From Bugula neritina (Eukaryota; Animalia; Bryozoa), in the NCBI GenBank assembly GCA_964035545.1, contig OZ037766.1, positions 10,592,722 to 10,656,721 of the forward strand: a stretch of 64,000 nt of DNA. The letters are read 5' to 3'. The position numbers and the translations under genes were made by a program. The notes beneath the pieces are model-generated. The model saw only the letters and a program-made list of their open reading frames with translations, had not been told where the DNA came from and did not search any database. Each line of letters starts with the position of its first letter. The first letter of the stretch is position 1. Positions 39,270-51,655 of the stretch are shown here, in pieces.

Positions 39270-39722
39270 CTTGTAGTACTCGAATCATATAGTAACTTTT
39301 ACACAATCCGTACAGCCAATCTTAATGTACCGTCCGCAAACTATCACAAACAGAGAAACAATTACATGAGCATAGATGTGCAACTGCTGGAATATTAAAT
39401 AATTAATGTGATAGAAGTTGCTCACTAGTTATGGCAAAGTAATTGTATTACTACTAATAATTTTGTAATAGGTTAATGTGGGCAGAGGCTATCCACATCC
39501 TGTTTAAGAAGCAGTACAACCAATCACGGTAGTTAGTATCATTGGTACGATTGAAGTCGCAAAAGATATGTTGCCGAAACGCAGCTTTTAGGACGCTAAA
39601 CTCGACAAAAGATAAAATCTATAGAAATAAATCTGTCTGTTAGTCGTTTCCCCACATTTGCCACATAACTTTTCCCATTCATTATAATTCACACCAGTTT
39701 TAATTTAAAGTTATTGCTAATT
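39270..39722. promoter_or_regulatory. Divergent PICK1 / EIF3D promoter region
   Basis: Head-to-head genes; CpG-containing segment with CCAATC (~39317, ~39520) and ATTGG (39541), flanked on both sides by hexamer tracts. Confidence 0.6.
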
Positions 39723-42700
39723 ATGGCTAAATTTATTCCACCTGAAATTCAAGACAACGCTAATGGATGGGGACCATGTCAACTTCCTAATCAGTTCAAA
39801 GATATGCCTTATCAACCGTTCTCCAAAGCCGATCGACTGGGCAAGGCAAGTTTAAGTTGCATCTGACTTAGAGTTAGAGTTGGAGTAACTGTTAGTCTTA
39901 TAGTTATTCTCGAACTCACTGTAAGATTTTAACAAAGCTGAATTCAGTCTATATTTGTTTTTGAATGCTTGAAATTTCTTACTTCTCGACTTACTAAAAG
40001 TGTAAAACCATCGACCGAGATTGAGTCATTGACTTTGAGTGATTGACCAATTCTTTCAATTATTGAATTAACTTTAAGTTGAATAATTTGGTAGCAACTA
40101 ACGGTAGGTATCAAATAAATATGATTATATCATAATTATAATCGATATGAATATCAATATGAATCATTGAATGCCTAAATTTATAAGTATAATGCGTAGT
40201 AAATAATAATATTAGTCTTACGAATAAAATAATAACTAATATAAATATTTAGTAATAAGTTATACTTATAGGGTTAGTTTTAGTTTAAGTTATAGCCTTA
40301 TAGTACTTATGGCCTTTATCTTCTAACTATAGACATAGTTATGCTGTTGTAGTTTTGCGTATGCTAATACTAATAGTTCTAGTATTAGTTATGCTAATAG
40401 TTATACTTGTACACCAATACTTATAGTAATAGCCTACTGATTATGTCGAATAGTAATAGTGTCAGTTATACTATCAACTATAATTATTAGACTAAAAACA
40501 TCACCTACCGCCAATTTTCCTCAATGCCCAAAAGTTTTGTCATTAGATAGAGCTCAACTGTTATTGCTTATCAGCCTAGAGGTAGTTTATCATTCAATGT
40601 TAATAATAATTGATAAATATCCACTTCAATACTAAAATTAGCTGAAATTGAAGTTTATTAGTATTATTATTTTGCAGATATCTGATTGGTTTGGCACCAC
40701 CTACCAAGGGCGATATTATAGTAAGTCTAGATGAAAAACTTTAATAGAACTTGGAAATGTGTTTGTAAATGTTTTTTCTCTGCGTTACATTTCTATTTGT
40801 TTCATGTTGTTGGTGGTGCTTTTATCTATTATGACTTGTCATCTGTTATTCTATAACATTACCAACAGCTATTTAAAAATAATCTCATTTGATATACACT
40901 CCTAGTTAAAGTACTATATTTATGATTTCGTAGACAAGTACTCATCAGCTTTTGGTAGTGGTCAGCAATACTCTTACATCCATGAAGAGGATGAAAGTAG
41001 TTTCCAGCTTGTTGACACCTCACGGAACACAAAGCCTGTCTACCAGAGAAGCAAATATAAGTACAACCTGGTAATTACTTTTATATGATTGAAAATACTG
41101 CTCATTTTAACCAATAATGGTATTTGTATGTTAGTCATAAAGTGATTACAATCACTATAGCAATTACTCTGTAAGTCCACATGTTTTACAGCAAAGGCAG
41201 CATAGAGAAAAGAAGGCTGCACAGACAGCTGAGCAGAAGGTGCTATCTAAAACCCAGAAGAATCGTGAGAGGTTAGTGAACGTTCTGTTATATATTTACG
41301 TATTATCTATGTACCCATAGTATCGCTCTTTTCACATAATCTATAGATTTGTGTGTGCAAATTTGACAACACTTTAAACTTACTTGTCTAAACTCTACTG
41401 ATGATTTCCAAATAGTAAAGATTTCCCAGTGAGGGAACTCTCTAATTTTATTGTTGCCTTAAACTTTTTAAACGGTTTTGAAAGTGCTGTAGCAACTAGA
41501 TTTTGCAGTAATTGTTGAACATGAGAGTGAGTCTCACAAGTAAAAGCTGTTTTTTTGCTGGCCATTTTCGTGGTTGCTGGCAACACAGTAGTTTGCTAAT
41601 TGGAAGATCTAATTAATTCAGAGATCGATTGAGACAACAGCGTATATGGCAGAAGAATTATGGAAAAGCAATGCAAGATAATAGGAATAGACAAAATGGT
41701 CCACAGAAAAATAGAGATGCTTCTGTCAAGGTGCTAGAAAGTTGGCAGGTGCTTGAAGATATGGACTACACCAGACTGCAAAAGCTAAATTTGCCAACAG
41801 CAATAGAAGGAGAAGATCTGTAAGTATTTTATGGTTATATTTTTAATATGCATATGAAGGTTAACAAAACTAACAATATTGTTGGTTGTACTAACCCTGG
41901 TACACCCCTGTGTATCCCCCCCTCTCTCTCTCAGTAGCCATTTCCATATCTTTTGTTTAGGTACGTAGCAGGTTCCCTGGAAATGTATGATAAGAGATTT
42001 GACAGAGTAAATACCAGAACTGAGAAGAAGTTGTTGAGAATGAATAAAACCGTTCACACTGTGACTACAACTGATGATCCTATTATCAGGAAGGTACGTT
42101 GAAAATAGCTCTGACCACACTCCTTACTGCTGTAAATTTATGCCAATCTTGCTGTATATTGCTGTGTTGCTGTTTTATTAAGAATTTTTGTTGGGTTACA
42201 TATCAGAATTTTTATTTAATATTTTTCGTTGGTGATTAGGTCAAGATCAATTGCCTTCTGTTTTTAAATGATCAGCAAAAACATCTCTAACATATAATCA
42301 GTTGATCGGTGAATGTGAGAATTCTTACAATGCTGCTCAACTTGTAGTTGGCTCGTCAAGGCAATGTGTTTGTCACTGACGTTATACTGACGACACTGAT
42401 GTGCTGCACAAGGTCAGTCAATCCCTGGGATATTGTTGTCCAGAAGGTCAAGGATAAAATTTTCTTGGACAAACGAGAAGACTCAGCGTTTAGTAAGAGC
42501 TCATCAATCCTACACATTTGCCTTAGCTTGTACTTGTACCCTTTTAGCTGTCATCACTACTAGAATTGCGCCATGGTATATATTGCATACTTACATTTAG
42601 TTGCCCAGTACTTACACTCTCTACTTGCATTAACCTATTTATGCACACTTACAGATCTACTTACTGTTAGCGAAACTGCCATACACCCTCCAGATGACGA

Positions 42701-45487
42701 AGGATCTTCCAACTCTATCAACTCTCCCAAGAACCTCTCTATGGAGGCTACATACATCAACCACAACTTTGCACAGCAGGTATGCTGCTCTACTGTCACT
42801 GCCAATGATTTAATGACCTTATCATGCAATCTTGTTGGGGAATTGTATGCCAAGTCATTTTTTGGTTTATAATTTATAATATTTTTGTGAAATATTAGCT
42901 TTCCAAAATAAACGATAATTCTTATGTGATTTGAACTTAGTGTAATTAAGTAACATTTAAGGGGATATTTTATGCGATAGTTTAATATTTCTGTTTAGCT
43001 ATATATTGTTTGTTATAATTAAGTAGCTCAGTATTTCTGCCTAAAAATGTTTTGATGAGCTTAAACGACCTGCCGACAATACAGCTTCCCACCATCTGCA
43101 ATCTATCTTCACCCAATGATTTTAGGTTTTGCATCACGAAGATAGATTTAATTTTGACAACGCGAATCCATTTCTGACGGAGGATGAAGACCCTAAGAAC
43201 ATAGCTTCAGTTGCTTACAGGTATTTATGTTGCCTTTCCTCTGTATTCACCTGATTCTTACATTAGAAATCTGAACAGCATTGATAACCCAACTACACCA
43301 GTGACTACACGTTTGATCTCTTGTCTGTAGGTATCGTAGATTTGACATTGGTAACGGTCTGCAGGTAGTGGTGAGGTGTGAGCACGACGGATACGTTCAA
43401 GGGGCTAATGGAGAGAAACAGTTCCTGACTATTAAAGCTCTCAATGAGTGGGACCCACGGGTGTGTATATGCAATGAATTTAGGATATATTGAACATGAC
43501 ATTTGTGATTTGCTACTAGTGTACATTTTTCACAGTCGAGTGGAAAGCTTGAAATTTATAACAAAACTCTATTTTACTATTTAGTAACTGTATCAAATAT
43601 TTGTAAACTAGTGTCTTATTGAATATCAAGTTTTTCTTGTGTCTTCGTGGGTATAATTCTGTTCTGTTGCATTTACATTGAGAAAAGGTAGCAAAGATGC
43701 TTTGCATAGTTAATGGCAATTGAGTACACCCTATCACTCTACAGCAAATACTACCAGTTGCATAGATGAACGTTGCCTATGGCTGTGCATACTATATCAT
43801 GTTAACATAGTTTTTCTCTCATGTGACTTTCTTTTCATGTGTTGAGCATGCTGGTAGATTGAGTATCTCTATCATAGTGGTAGTAACATCTGTTGAGTCT
43901 ACACTAGTACACAATGTGGCATGTGATAGCAGGTGCTACCTTCTTAGCCTTGCGGCTGTTTAATGCAAGCTTACGGTATACTTATGTGTAACTCATGTCA
44001 ATATTATATGTTACATGCTACCTTGTAGGCCAGTGGCGGTGTGGATTACAGAACTAAACTGGACATACAGAGAGGTGCTGTTGTGGCCACTGAGTTGAAA
44101 AACAACAGCTTCAAGTTGGCTAAATGGACTGCTGGTGCTATCCTCGCTGGTTCTGACCAGCTGAAGTTCGGGTAGGTTCACCACTGCCAATGCTGCCGTA
44201 TGTGTAAACACAATAACACCTCCCCACACACACCCCTCCACATATACCACACACACATATATAGACAAGTTGATGTAAAGTGTACTATATATGCTCTCTT
44301 TTGGTCTTCACCAGGTTTGTATCTCGTCAGAGTCCAAAGGATTCCAGGAATCACACTGTGCTCGGAGTGATGCAGTTTAAGCCTGCCGAGTTTGCCCAAC
44401 AGATGAACTTGAATATGGAAAATGCCTGGGGTATTCTCCGGTGCATTCTAGACTTCATCAAGAAATTGGATGATGGCAAATACCTTATTATGAAGGATCC
44501 TAACAAGGTAAAGCGCTAGTCAATTCTGAAGCTGATCAGTGTTAATATACATCACAGTGTTGGTATACAACCACAGCGTTGAGTACAAAGAACTGTTACT
44601 ATTATACCCATACAGTAACAAAATCATATGCTAGATAAGTTGTACTGTATGTTGTACTCTGTGTAGCCTATGTACCATCTTATAACATTGTACTCTGTGT
44701 AGCCTATGTACCATCTTATAACATTATACTCTGTGTAGCCTATGTACCATCTTATAGCATTGTACTCTGTGTAGCCTATGTACCATCTTATAACATTGTA
44801 CTCTGTGTAGCCTATGTACCATCTTATAACATTGTACTCTGTGTAGCCTATATACCATCTTATAACATTGTACTCTGTGTAGCCTATGTACCATCTTATA
44901 ACATTATACTCTGTGTAGCCTATGTACCATCTTATAGCATTGTACTCTGTGTAGCCTATGTACCATCTTATAGCATTATACTCTGTGTAGCCTATGTACC
45001 ATCTTATAACATTGTACTCTGTGTAGCCTATGTACCATCTTATAACATTATACTCTGTGTAGCCTATGTACCATCTTATAACATTGTACTCTGTGTAGCC
45101 TATGTACCATCTTATAACATTATACTCTGTGTAGCCTATGTACCATCTTATAACATTGTACTCTGTGTAGCCTATGTACCATCTTATAGCATTATACTCT
45201 GTGTAGCCTATGGTGAGAATCTACAATGTACCCGACAACACATTTGAGAGTGATGAAGATGAAAGTTCTGAAGAGGATGAAGAAAGTGAGAGTAGTGATG
45301 AGGGAGATAATGGTAAGTAAAATACATATCTTGTGTATTCTATTTAATGTGTGATGGTGACTTTATACAATGCCAAATTGTGCTGGTGCTTGATGAAATC
45401 CATCTATATTTAAGTTAGAGCATTATAAATTATGTGTATAAAACCAGATTATTTGTAAAGCCAATTTTGTTTTGTTTAGTTGAATGA
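39723..45487 (+). CDS. EIF3D: Eukaryotic translation initiation factor 3 subunit D; exons 39723-39845, 40678-40720, 40934-41070, 41192-41271, 41622-41819, 41961-42093, 42348-42492, 42655-42779, 43126-43220, 43331-43460, 44029-44171, 44315-44507, 45207-45312, and a tiny last exon 45480-45487 (alternative candidate at 45801)
   Basis: [18 protein letters not shown]...[93 protein letters not shown] and an acidic tail. Confidence 0.97.
39866..40500. repeat. Degenerate hexamer-periodic tract (EIF3D intron 1)
   Basis: TTAGAG TTAGAG TTGGAG...; AGTTAT ACTTAT...; GCTAAT ACTAAT AGTTCT AGTATT AGTTAT GCTAAT AGTTAT ACTTGT. Confidence 0.8.
44655..45212 (+). repeat. 36-bp minisatellite, ~15.5 copies, overlapping the eIF3d intron 12 acceptor
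   Basis: Unit TACTCTGTGTAGCCTATGTACCATCTTATA(A/G)CATT(G/A); GTGTAG recurs every 36 bp from 44661 to 45201. Confidence 0.97.
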
Positions 45488-46925
45488 CAATTGAATTCAT
45501 TGGACAAATAAGGCTGAATAACTGAAGTCATTGTGAATAGTAGATAGTGTTACAGAAAAAGAGTATATAATTATGTGTAATGCACATGTATATAAATATC
45601 TATGCATATGTGTAACAAATATGTAGATGTGTAATATATTGTCAACTTATCATCCATACTTTTGCTCTGTCAGATTCATATTTTTCATGGTGTTACTTTT
45701 GAAATTTGTACACATAGCAATATTTTAGCAGGTTGAATTTTCAGTGTTCCTGCTATCATTTATATCTACATTCTGCATATTATGTTTATTATTTTTTTAG
45801 AATAAAGTTAGATCTTCTACCTCAACACAGAGATATTGTGGAACTAGCTAGTCTCCACTGTTGTGTGTTACTTCATAGCTTCTATGAATCAATATTGTTG
45901 AATGACTTTATAAAATATAATATTTTATGTTATATGCTATAGAGATAATTTGCAATTACGTTTTGACAGTTTTCTACTACATTCAAATTATAGTAAATAC
46001 ACATTAATCTTCAATTATCATCCCTTGCTTTATAGATAGTAGTCTCACTTCTTAAAGAGTTATAATTGCTAATAATAAAGTTCTTGCAAGGTTTGATAGA
46101 TAGTTGGCTTATGTGTGCATTATGCACTCATGCCTAGTGGTGTGATGCAGCTAAATTCAAACATGTCACGAATTGTCAAAAACTTCTTATTCACTAATAG
46201 ACTCTCATAAGGTTATTAAATAAAGCTGTGTGTGCTTTGCTGTCAACCAGGTCTAACATTGAAACTTCAAATATGATGTTGGGAATGTGAATCATTGGGT
46301 CATTATCTCTGAGTTATTGAAAGTTTATCAACATAGGGCACTAAAACTACATATAATATCTACATATATTCTTATCCTAAATAACTCATTCACAAAGCTT
46401 ATTGTTAAAATACGCAAATTTATAAGTGCCACATTGCAACAAAGGTACAATGGTAATGTCCCGACTTGAAGAATTATTGCTGCCCAATTATAGAGTTGTT
46501 TTTGCAATGAGGACTTGGTTAAAGACATGACAACTCTGGTAATTCTAGGCTTAATAATGAATGATATATACAGTAACCCAAACAGGGCAGATTGGAGGTA
46601 GGTGAAGATAAACAGCAATGGTAGACTTAGCTTGTAACACAAGATAAGTTAAACCGGTGAACATAGACAGTTTATTGGTCTATGGAAACAAATTAGAAGA
46701 AGGCAACTCCTATTAAAAATTTCACCACTACTGTATTCATTACTGCTATTTATATCCATCAAAAAGACATGTTGATGGCTTAAGTAAATGTGCAATTTGA
46801 AGCAGAACTTTTTAAGATCAGTAACTATATTCAACATTTTATTCAAATTTAAAAGTATAAAGCTCGTGGGGCTATCAATGACCCCCGGGTCAGTTTTAAC
46901 TTGCATTGTAACACAATTAGAAAGC

Positions 46926-48420
46926 TCAACGTTTTAGTCCAAAAAAGTTTTTAAATCTCTCAAAATAAGTTGGGACTGCAAGTATGTTGCTATTTAGTGC
47001 AAATATTTTGGACATAGTGCTATGGACAACTGGGATTTGTCTTCTTTCCATTCTTCTGCTGACCTCTCTAAATATCTCCATTATATCACTCGGATGGTTT
47101 GGTTGGTCTGCTGTGCTGAATAGGGCTTGAGTGAAGAACCCCCTGAGAGATACCTGACCTTGCAGCGTAGAGCTGATGATAGCAGTTGAAGAATCACCAG
47201 CTGGTATTTCAAAGGAATCAGGAGAAGGGGGTGATTTTGTCGACAATAATGGCCTTGTAGTTTTAGCATCTATAGTAAAAATGTAAATTGTTTAAACTGT
47301 TGTATTATGGCTTTGTTGTCATACAGGCTTTAAGAGAAAAAACTATGTAAAGCTTTCAGATAAAAAGCTAATGCTTTATGTAGTATATGTACATACTGTT
47401 AGTCAATCCCTCTCTTTACGACTCAACCTAGTTCTATGCACAATAAAACTTATTTACACAATACTACACAAACTAGCTTAAAATCCACTACACAGCAATA
47501 TAAAATTACTCAATGACTCAACCAAAATCAGTGTGTTGCATGCTTTTTACTTTTGCTGTAAACTCATATTGAGAATTTAGGAAACAAGCTGTTGCATTAT
47601 TAAAAAGCTGATTTTCAACATGAACGATACTAAGCTCAGCAGTTTTGTAGTTTATTTAGTCACTGTTGAAAACTTGAGCATCTATGAGGCCTGAGATTGA
47701 TAGTATCCCAGCAGCTGGGCTCTGAATTATCTCATAGGTACCTGTTTGGGGATGTAGACTTTCACTTCCTGCATCTGAGCATTCTCCAGTACTCTGGCAA
47801 CACTGCAGTATCAAAACCTAAAGAAGCCACTCAATATGCTAGGTTCGAGTTTCATTAATTCTGGAACACCTATTTATTTACAGTCCTCAAATATAAGGTA
47901 CACAATTGTTGACATTCTACATTTAATCTATGCTCTGCTGAAAACAATCTTCCATAAGTATATGAGATGAGCAACAGTAAAAATTAAATTCATAATTATA
48001 ATGTTATAATAGCAGAATAAATACTTACTACTTTCTTATATGTGAAAGGATTAAACTCTTTTTTAGAATAGATTCAACTATGATTTACAGGGCAAGAATT
48101 CGCCTATTTGTGCAACAGTTGGAAACTAAAAAAATATTTTTTGCATCTTTACACCTAGTAAGTTTTGTAGGAGCTTAGAGCTAAAATTCCAAAGATTATT
48201 TAAGAAACCTCAAACAATCTAAAATATATATAAACGTGTGGTCACATTAGATGAATTTGTCTTGTCTGGACCCAAATGCGTAAAAATCTATTTTGGGAAC
48301 AACCTTTTACACACGGTGCGTTGGGTATGTATACACACACATACAACACGCACACACACAACACGCACACACACAACACGCACACACACAACACGCACAC
48401 ACACACCACACACCACACAC

Positions 48421-48485
<65 letters not shown>

Positions 48486-49923
48486 CAGTACGAATGCAAT
48501 CTACAACTGTTTTATTGAAATGAGCCAACATTCTTACCTTGGGTACATTCTCCAGCATCGCATTGTAGCAGATAGCATTGATGATACTCTGTACGGGAAC
48601 TTGCCTCAAATTTCTATCATATATGTAGCCCTTCTCTCCATGGGACATAATTACTAATATCAAACCAGAAATATGGCCATCATGTTTAATACCCTGCTCT
48701 AATTTAGCTAGCATAGTGCGCTCGCTGAAGTCAACATGGATATGGGAGCTGATATTGTACTGTTCCAATGCTTTAACCACGTTACACTTTTCAGCTTCAG
48801 CTCCGTCCCGTTTCCATTTCTTGTAATCAAGAAATCGATTGTAAAAGATGAAGGCTTTGGGTCGCTTGTAAAATACACGCCAGTAATGGGTTTCCACCAT
48901 AGGCAATAGCTTTGTAAGTTGGCGACGTTTAGCATATTTTATAGCTTTTAATTGTTCATTGTCCTCTATTCTAGTCAGCGCCACATCTTGTTCTTGAGAA
49001 AATTCAAGAAGTGTCCTGGCAATCTCTACAGAGTTCACCATACAAGCATAGTGTAATGCTGTTTTCCCTGTTATACATTTAAATGATAGCAACTTCCAAT
49101 GATGGAGCTTATTTTCAACAGCTAAGAGTAGCTTCTCAACAATATCATGGCGGTTTCCTTGAGCAGCTAAATGAAGTAGTGTCTTACCATCACAGGTCTT
49201 GAGGTGGAAAACCTCTTCATAATCCTGAGTGCTTTTTACAATATCAATTAGATGCTCATATTGAGACATCATGTTATCGGGAGTCAAGCGATTTGTGTAA
49301 CAGCGACCTTGTTGCTTTCTTGATGACCTTGAACTCCTGATTGAGGTATTGTCATAAGAAGAGGGTATTACTTCTTCTTTTGATTTGGAAACCCTTTTGG
49401 TTTGTCTTAAAACACTCTTTTTCTTAGTCAATTCTTCAGCATCGCTTTTGCTAATGTAAGAATTTATCAGCTTTTTTATATCTCCAGAAACAGTCAACTC
49501 TAATACATTAAGTTGATGATTGTCTTTGACTGAGATGAGCTCAAGCCGTTCAATTACTGACAATTCACTCAAGTAAAATTCAATAACGTCTTTTTCACCA
49601 CTAATTGCAGCAGTATGCAAGGCAGTACGGCCCTGAGAGTCTCGTAACTGCAGGTATTTTAACTTATCTGTTTGATCAATCTGATGCAAGATGGCTTGAG
49701 CAACTGGTAGTCTAGTATTTGATTCGTTGGTGGTGTGGTTTAGATACGAACTCATGTCTCGGAGTGTATAGTGTAAGGGATACTGTCCACTACGACTCTG
49801 CTTAGCTAATAGTTTAGAACAATCTTCTGAGTTTAGTATAGAAGCAAGTACCTTTTCCACTGCTCTAATGTTGCAGTTTCGTATTGCTTGTATTAATCTT
49901 GAATGCTCCGATCTATAGTCCAT
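46926..49923 (-). CDS. Ankyrin-repeat-containing caspase (ANK clusters + p20 + p10); exons 49923-48538, 47817-47742, 47269-46926 (start ATG 49923 or 50001)
   Basis: ANK motifs GRTALHTAAISG, GKTLLHLAAQG, GKTALHYACMVN; caspase p20 PKAFIFYN..F....KRDGAEAE...LVIMSHG...LENVPK/VLILQCCQS; p10 EIP..D....SSTLQGQVSLRGFFTQAL...DIMEIFREV...QIPVVHSTMSK. Exons join in frame (phase 0, then phase 1). Confidence 0.88.
48334..48486 (+). repeat. Compound (CA)n microsatellite with CAACACGCACACACA-type interrupted units, in caspase intron 1
   Basis: Direct observation of ~150 bp of CA/CAC repeats followed by a short (TA)n. Confidence 0.97.
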
Positions 49924-50420
49924 ATTGTGGGTAAGTATATTTTGTTGTATGCAGATTGTATAATGAGAAGTTACTGCTAGTTTCGGTAGCAGCCAATGCA
50001 TGAGTGAAACTTCAAGTATGTTTGATTATTCTTGATACCCTGGCCAATCAAATTCAGAATACAATTTTTATTTCGTCCTGTTGTCAATGTAATTAATGTG
50101 TGACGTTAGTAACAAGCAATAATCTGATCAAAGGTACAAAGTTATTTCCTTGTTACTACATGATTAATAATAAACTATTTCAAAGGCTACCAGTGATGGA
50201 GAGTGAAAACTTATCTTATCCGATAAGCGAGTTGCGTAACAATGCCTTTTTTACAGCCAATAGTTTTAAACTTTGACTTTAGTCTTGCTGCATGTAGGAA
50301 CCATCAAAGACTATAGCACGCTGTTTTAATATACCAGATCAATAAACATAATATTTTTGATTTTTGTCAGCTCATAGAATTGATTCACTATTCTGCCTGT
50401 TTAAACTATATATAAGCAGG

Positions 50421-50473
50421 TGCAGACACGTTCAGACACGCGCAGACACGCACAGACACTCACAGACACACAC
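50421..50473 (+). repeat. Short 10-bp tandem repeat (CAGACACGNN, ~5 copies)
   Basis: gcagacacgttcagacacgcgcagacacgcacagacactcacagacaca. Confidence 0.8.
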
Positions 50474-50594
50474 GATTTTTATTTGCAGCATTTTGTTTGA
50501 AAGTAGCCAAACAGTAATTAAAATTAGTTGCTGCTGATTAGTATTTACTGGAAATTTACTAATAAGTTGCTAACATTAAGGTACTGCGTAGTGG

Positions 50595-50737
50595 AGAAAT
50601 TGAGGTAGCCTAAGTTCTTCAATTTTGTTATTAAATTTTGGTTTGGGATGCGAGTTGAAATTTTTGCGAGAACATAACTTTTTTTGCTACATTTTTAGTC
50701 TAGAACACAGGCTTTTCTCCATTACTGCACCTACCTC
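50595..50737 (+). repeat. Interspersed repeat copy 2 (same family as 27674-27826)
   Basis: Alignment by eye to 27674-27826, including the identical TCTAGAACACAGG and TCTCCATTACTGCACCTACCTC segments. Confidence 0.85.
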
Positions 50738-51655
50738 GTTGTTAAACTCATTTTTAGTAACAGCAGCTCAAACCCTACAGACTGTTAACTTAGAATTAAG
50801 AGTGACATGCATGTTGCAAAAGATATAGGAAGCAGTTCTGGCCCAAAAGCACTTGTCTAGCATCACACATATACTATGCTAGACTGAGAGCTCAAATCTC
50901 ATACGAGTCGTTGGTGACATCATGGGAGGAAGGTCCAACCAAAATTTCTCTTGTTTTACTTGAACTACCTTAAATATTTTTGTCTATAGTCTATAAAAAA
51001 AGTCCTAAAAACGCTGTAAAGTCATGTTTTTACAGATATTTTGATTATAGGACATAATATTCCAAATGCACTATGTCATAAGTATATATTGTATATGACA
51101 CAGCCTGTTTCCAGTTATTGCTTATTGGTAGGAATAACTTGTTATTATAATAAAGTAGCAAGTTATAAAAAAATCCCCTGCAGCTTGCAATGTTAGAATA
51201 AAAGTGTGCAGACCCAACAGTTTTGTATATTCATGTAGATTGTAGACTGTCACTAAAGGTGGCACAACTCCTATATATTAGACATGTACAGTTACTATCT
51301 TTATAAAATGTCAGTGTAGATCATTGATTAGGAATTTATTTTAGCAATATATTATATAAGATGTTCACTATTCAGTTCAGAATATCAATATCTCATTGCT
51401 TATTAGTATCTTAGATGTTTATTGTGTTTAGTCACATTAGTACAACCAATAATTATATATTCCCAGCAACTGTAGACTGTAACAAATACTGATTAGTATG
51501 CAAGCTACAACAGACTAATACTATGGAATATATTATATTTGTAAAATTAAATAAAAAATTAAAAATAAATGTTTACAAAACTATTAGTTGTTAGCAATAT
51601 AGTTTTCAGCACATTAACAGTATTACTTTTTAAGTTAGTGTGTGATTTGATACAG

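Noticed and set aside
42780-43125. Intronic C/D-box snoRNA in EIF3D (TGATGA at ~43053)
   Set aside because: No suitably placed CTGA D box or terminal stem was found.
44655-45212. 36-bp repeat array as a CRISPR array
   Set aside because: Units are head-to-tail with no unique spacers, no cas genes are present and the context is a eukaryotic intron.
46287-46906. Short ORFs downstream of the caspase stop
   Set aside because: No recognisable domain; consistent with 3'UTR or intergenic sequence.
48238-48657. His/Thr- and Cys/Val-rich ORFs, including the CVCV tail of the 564-aa ORF
   Set aside because: Artefacts of the (CA)n microsatellite; the caspase exon ends at the AAG|GTAAGA donor at 48538.
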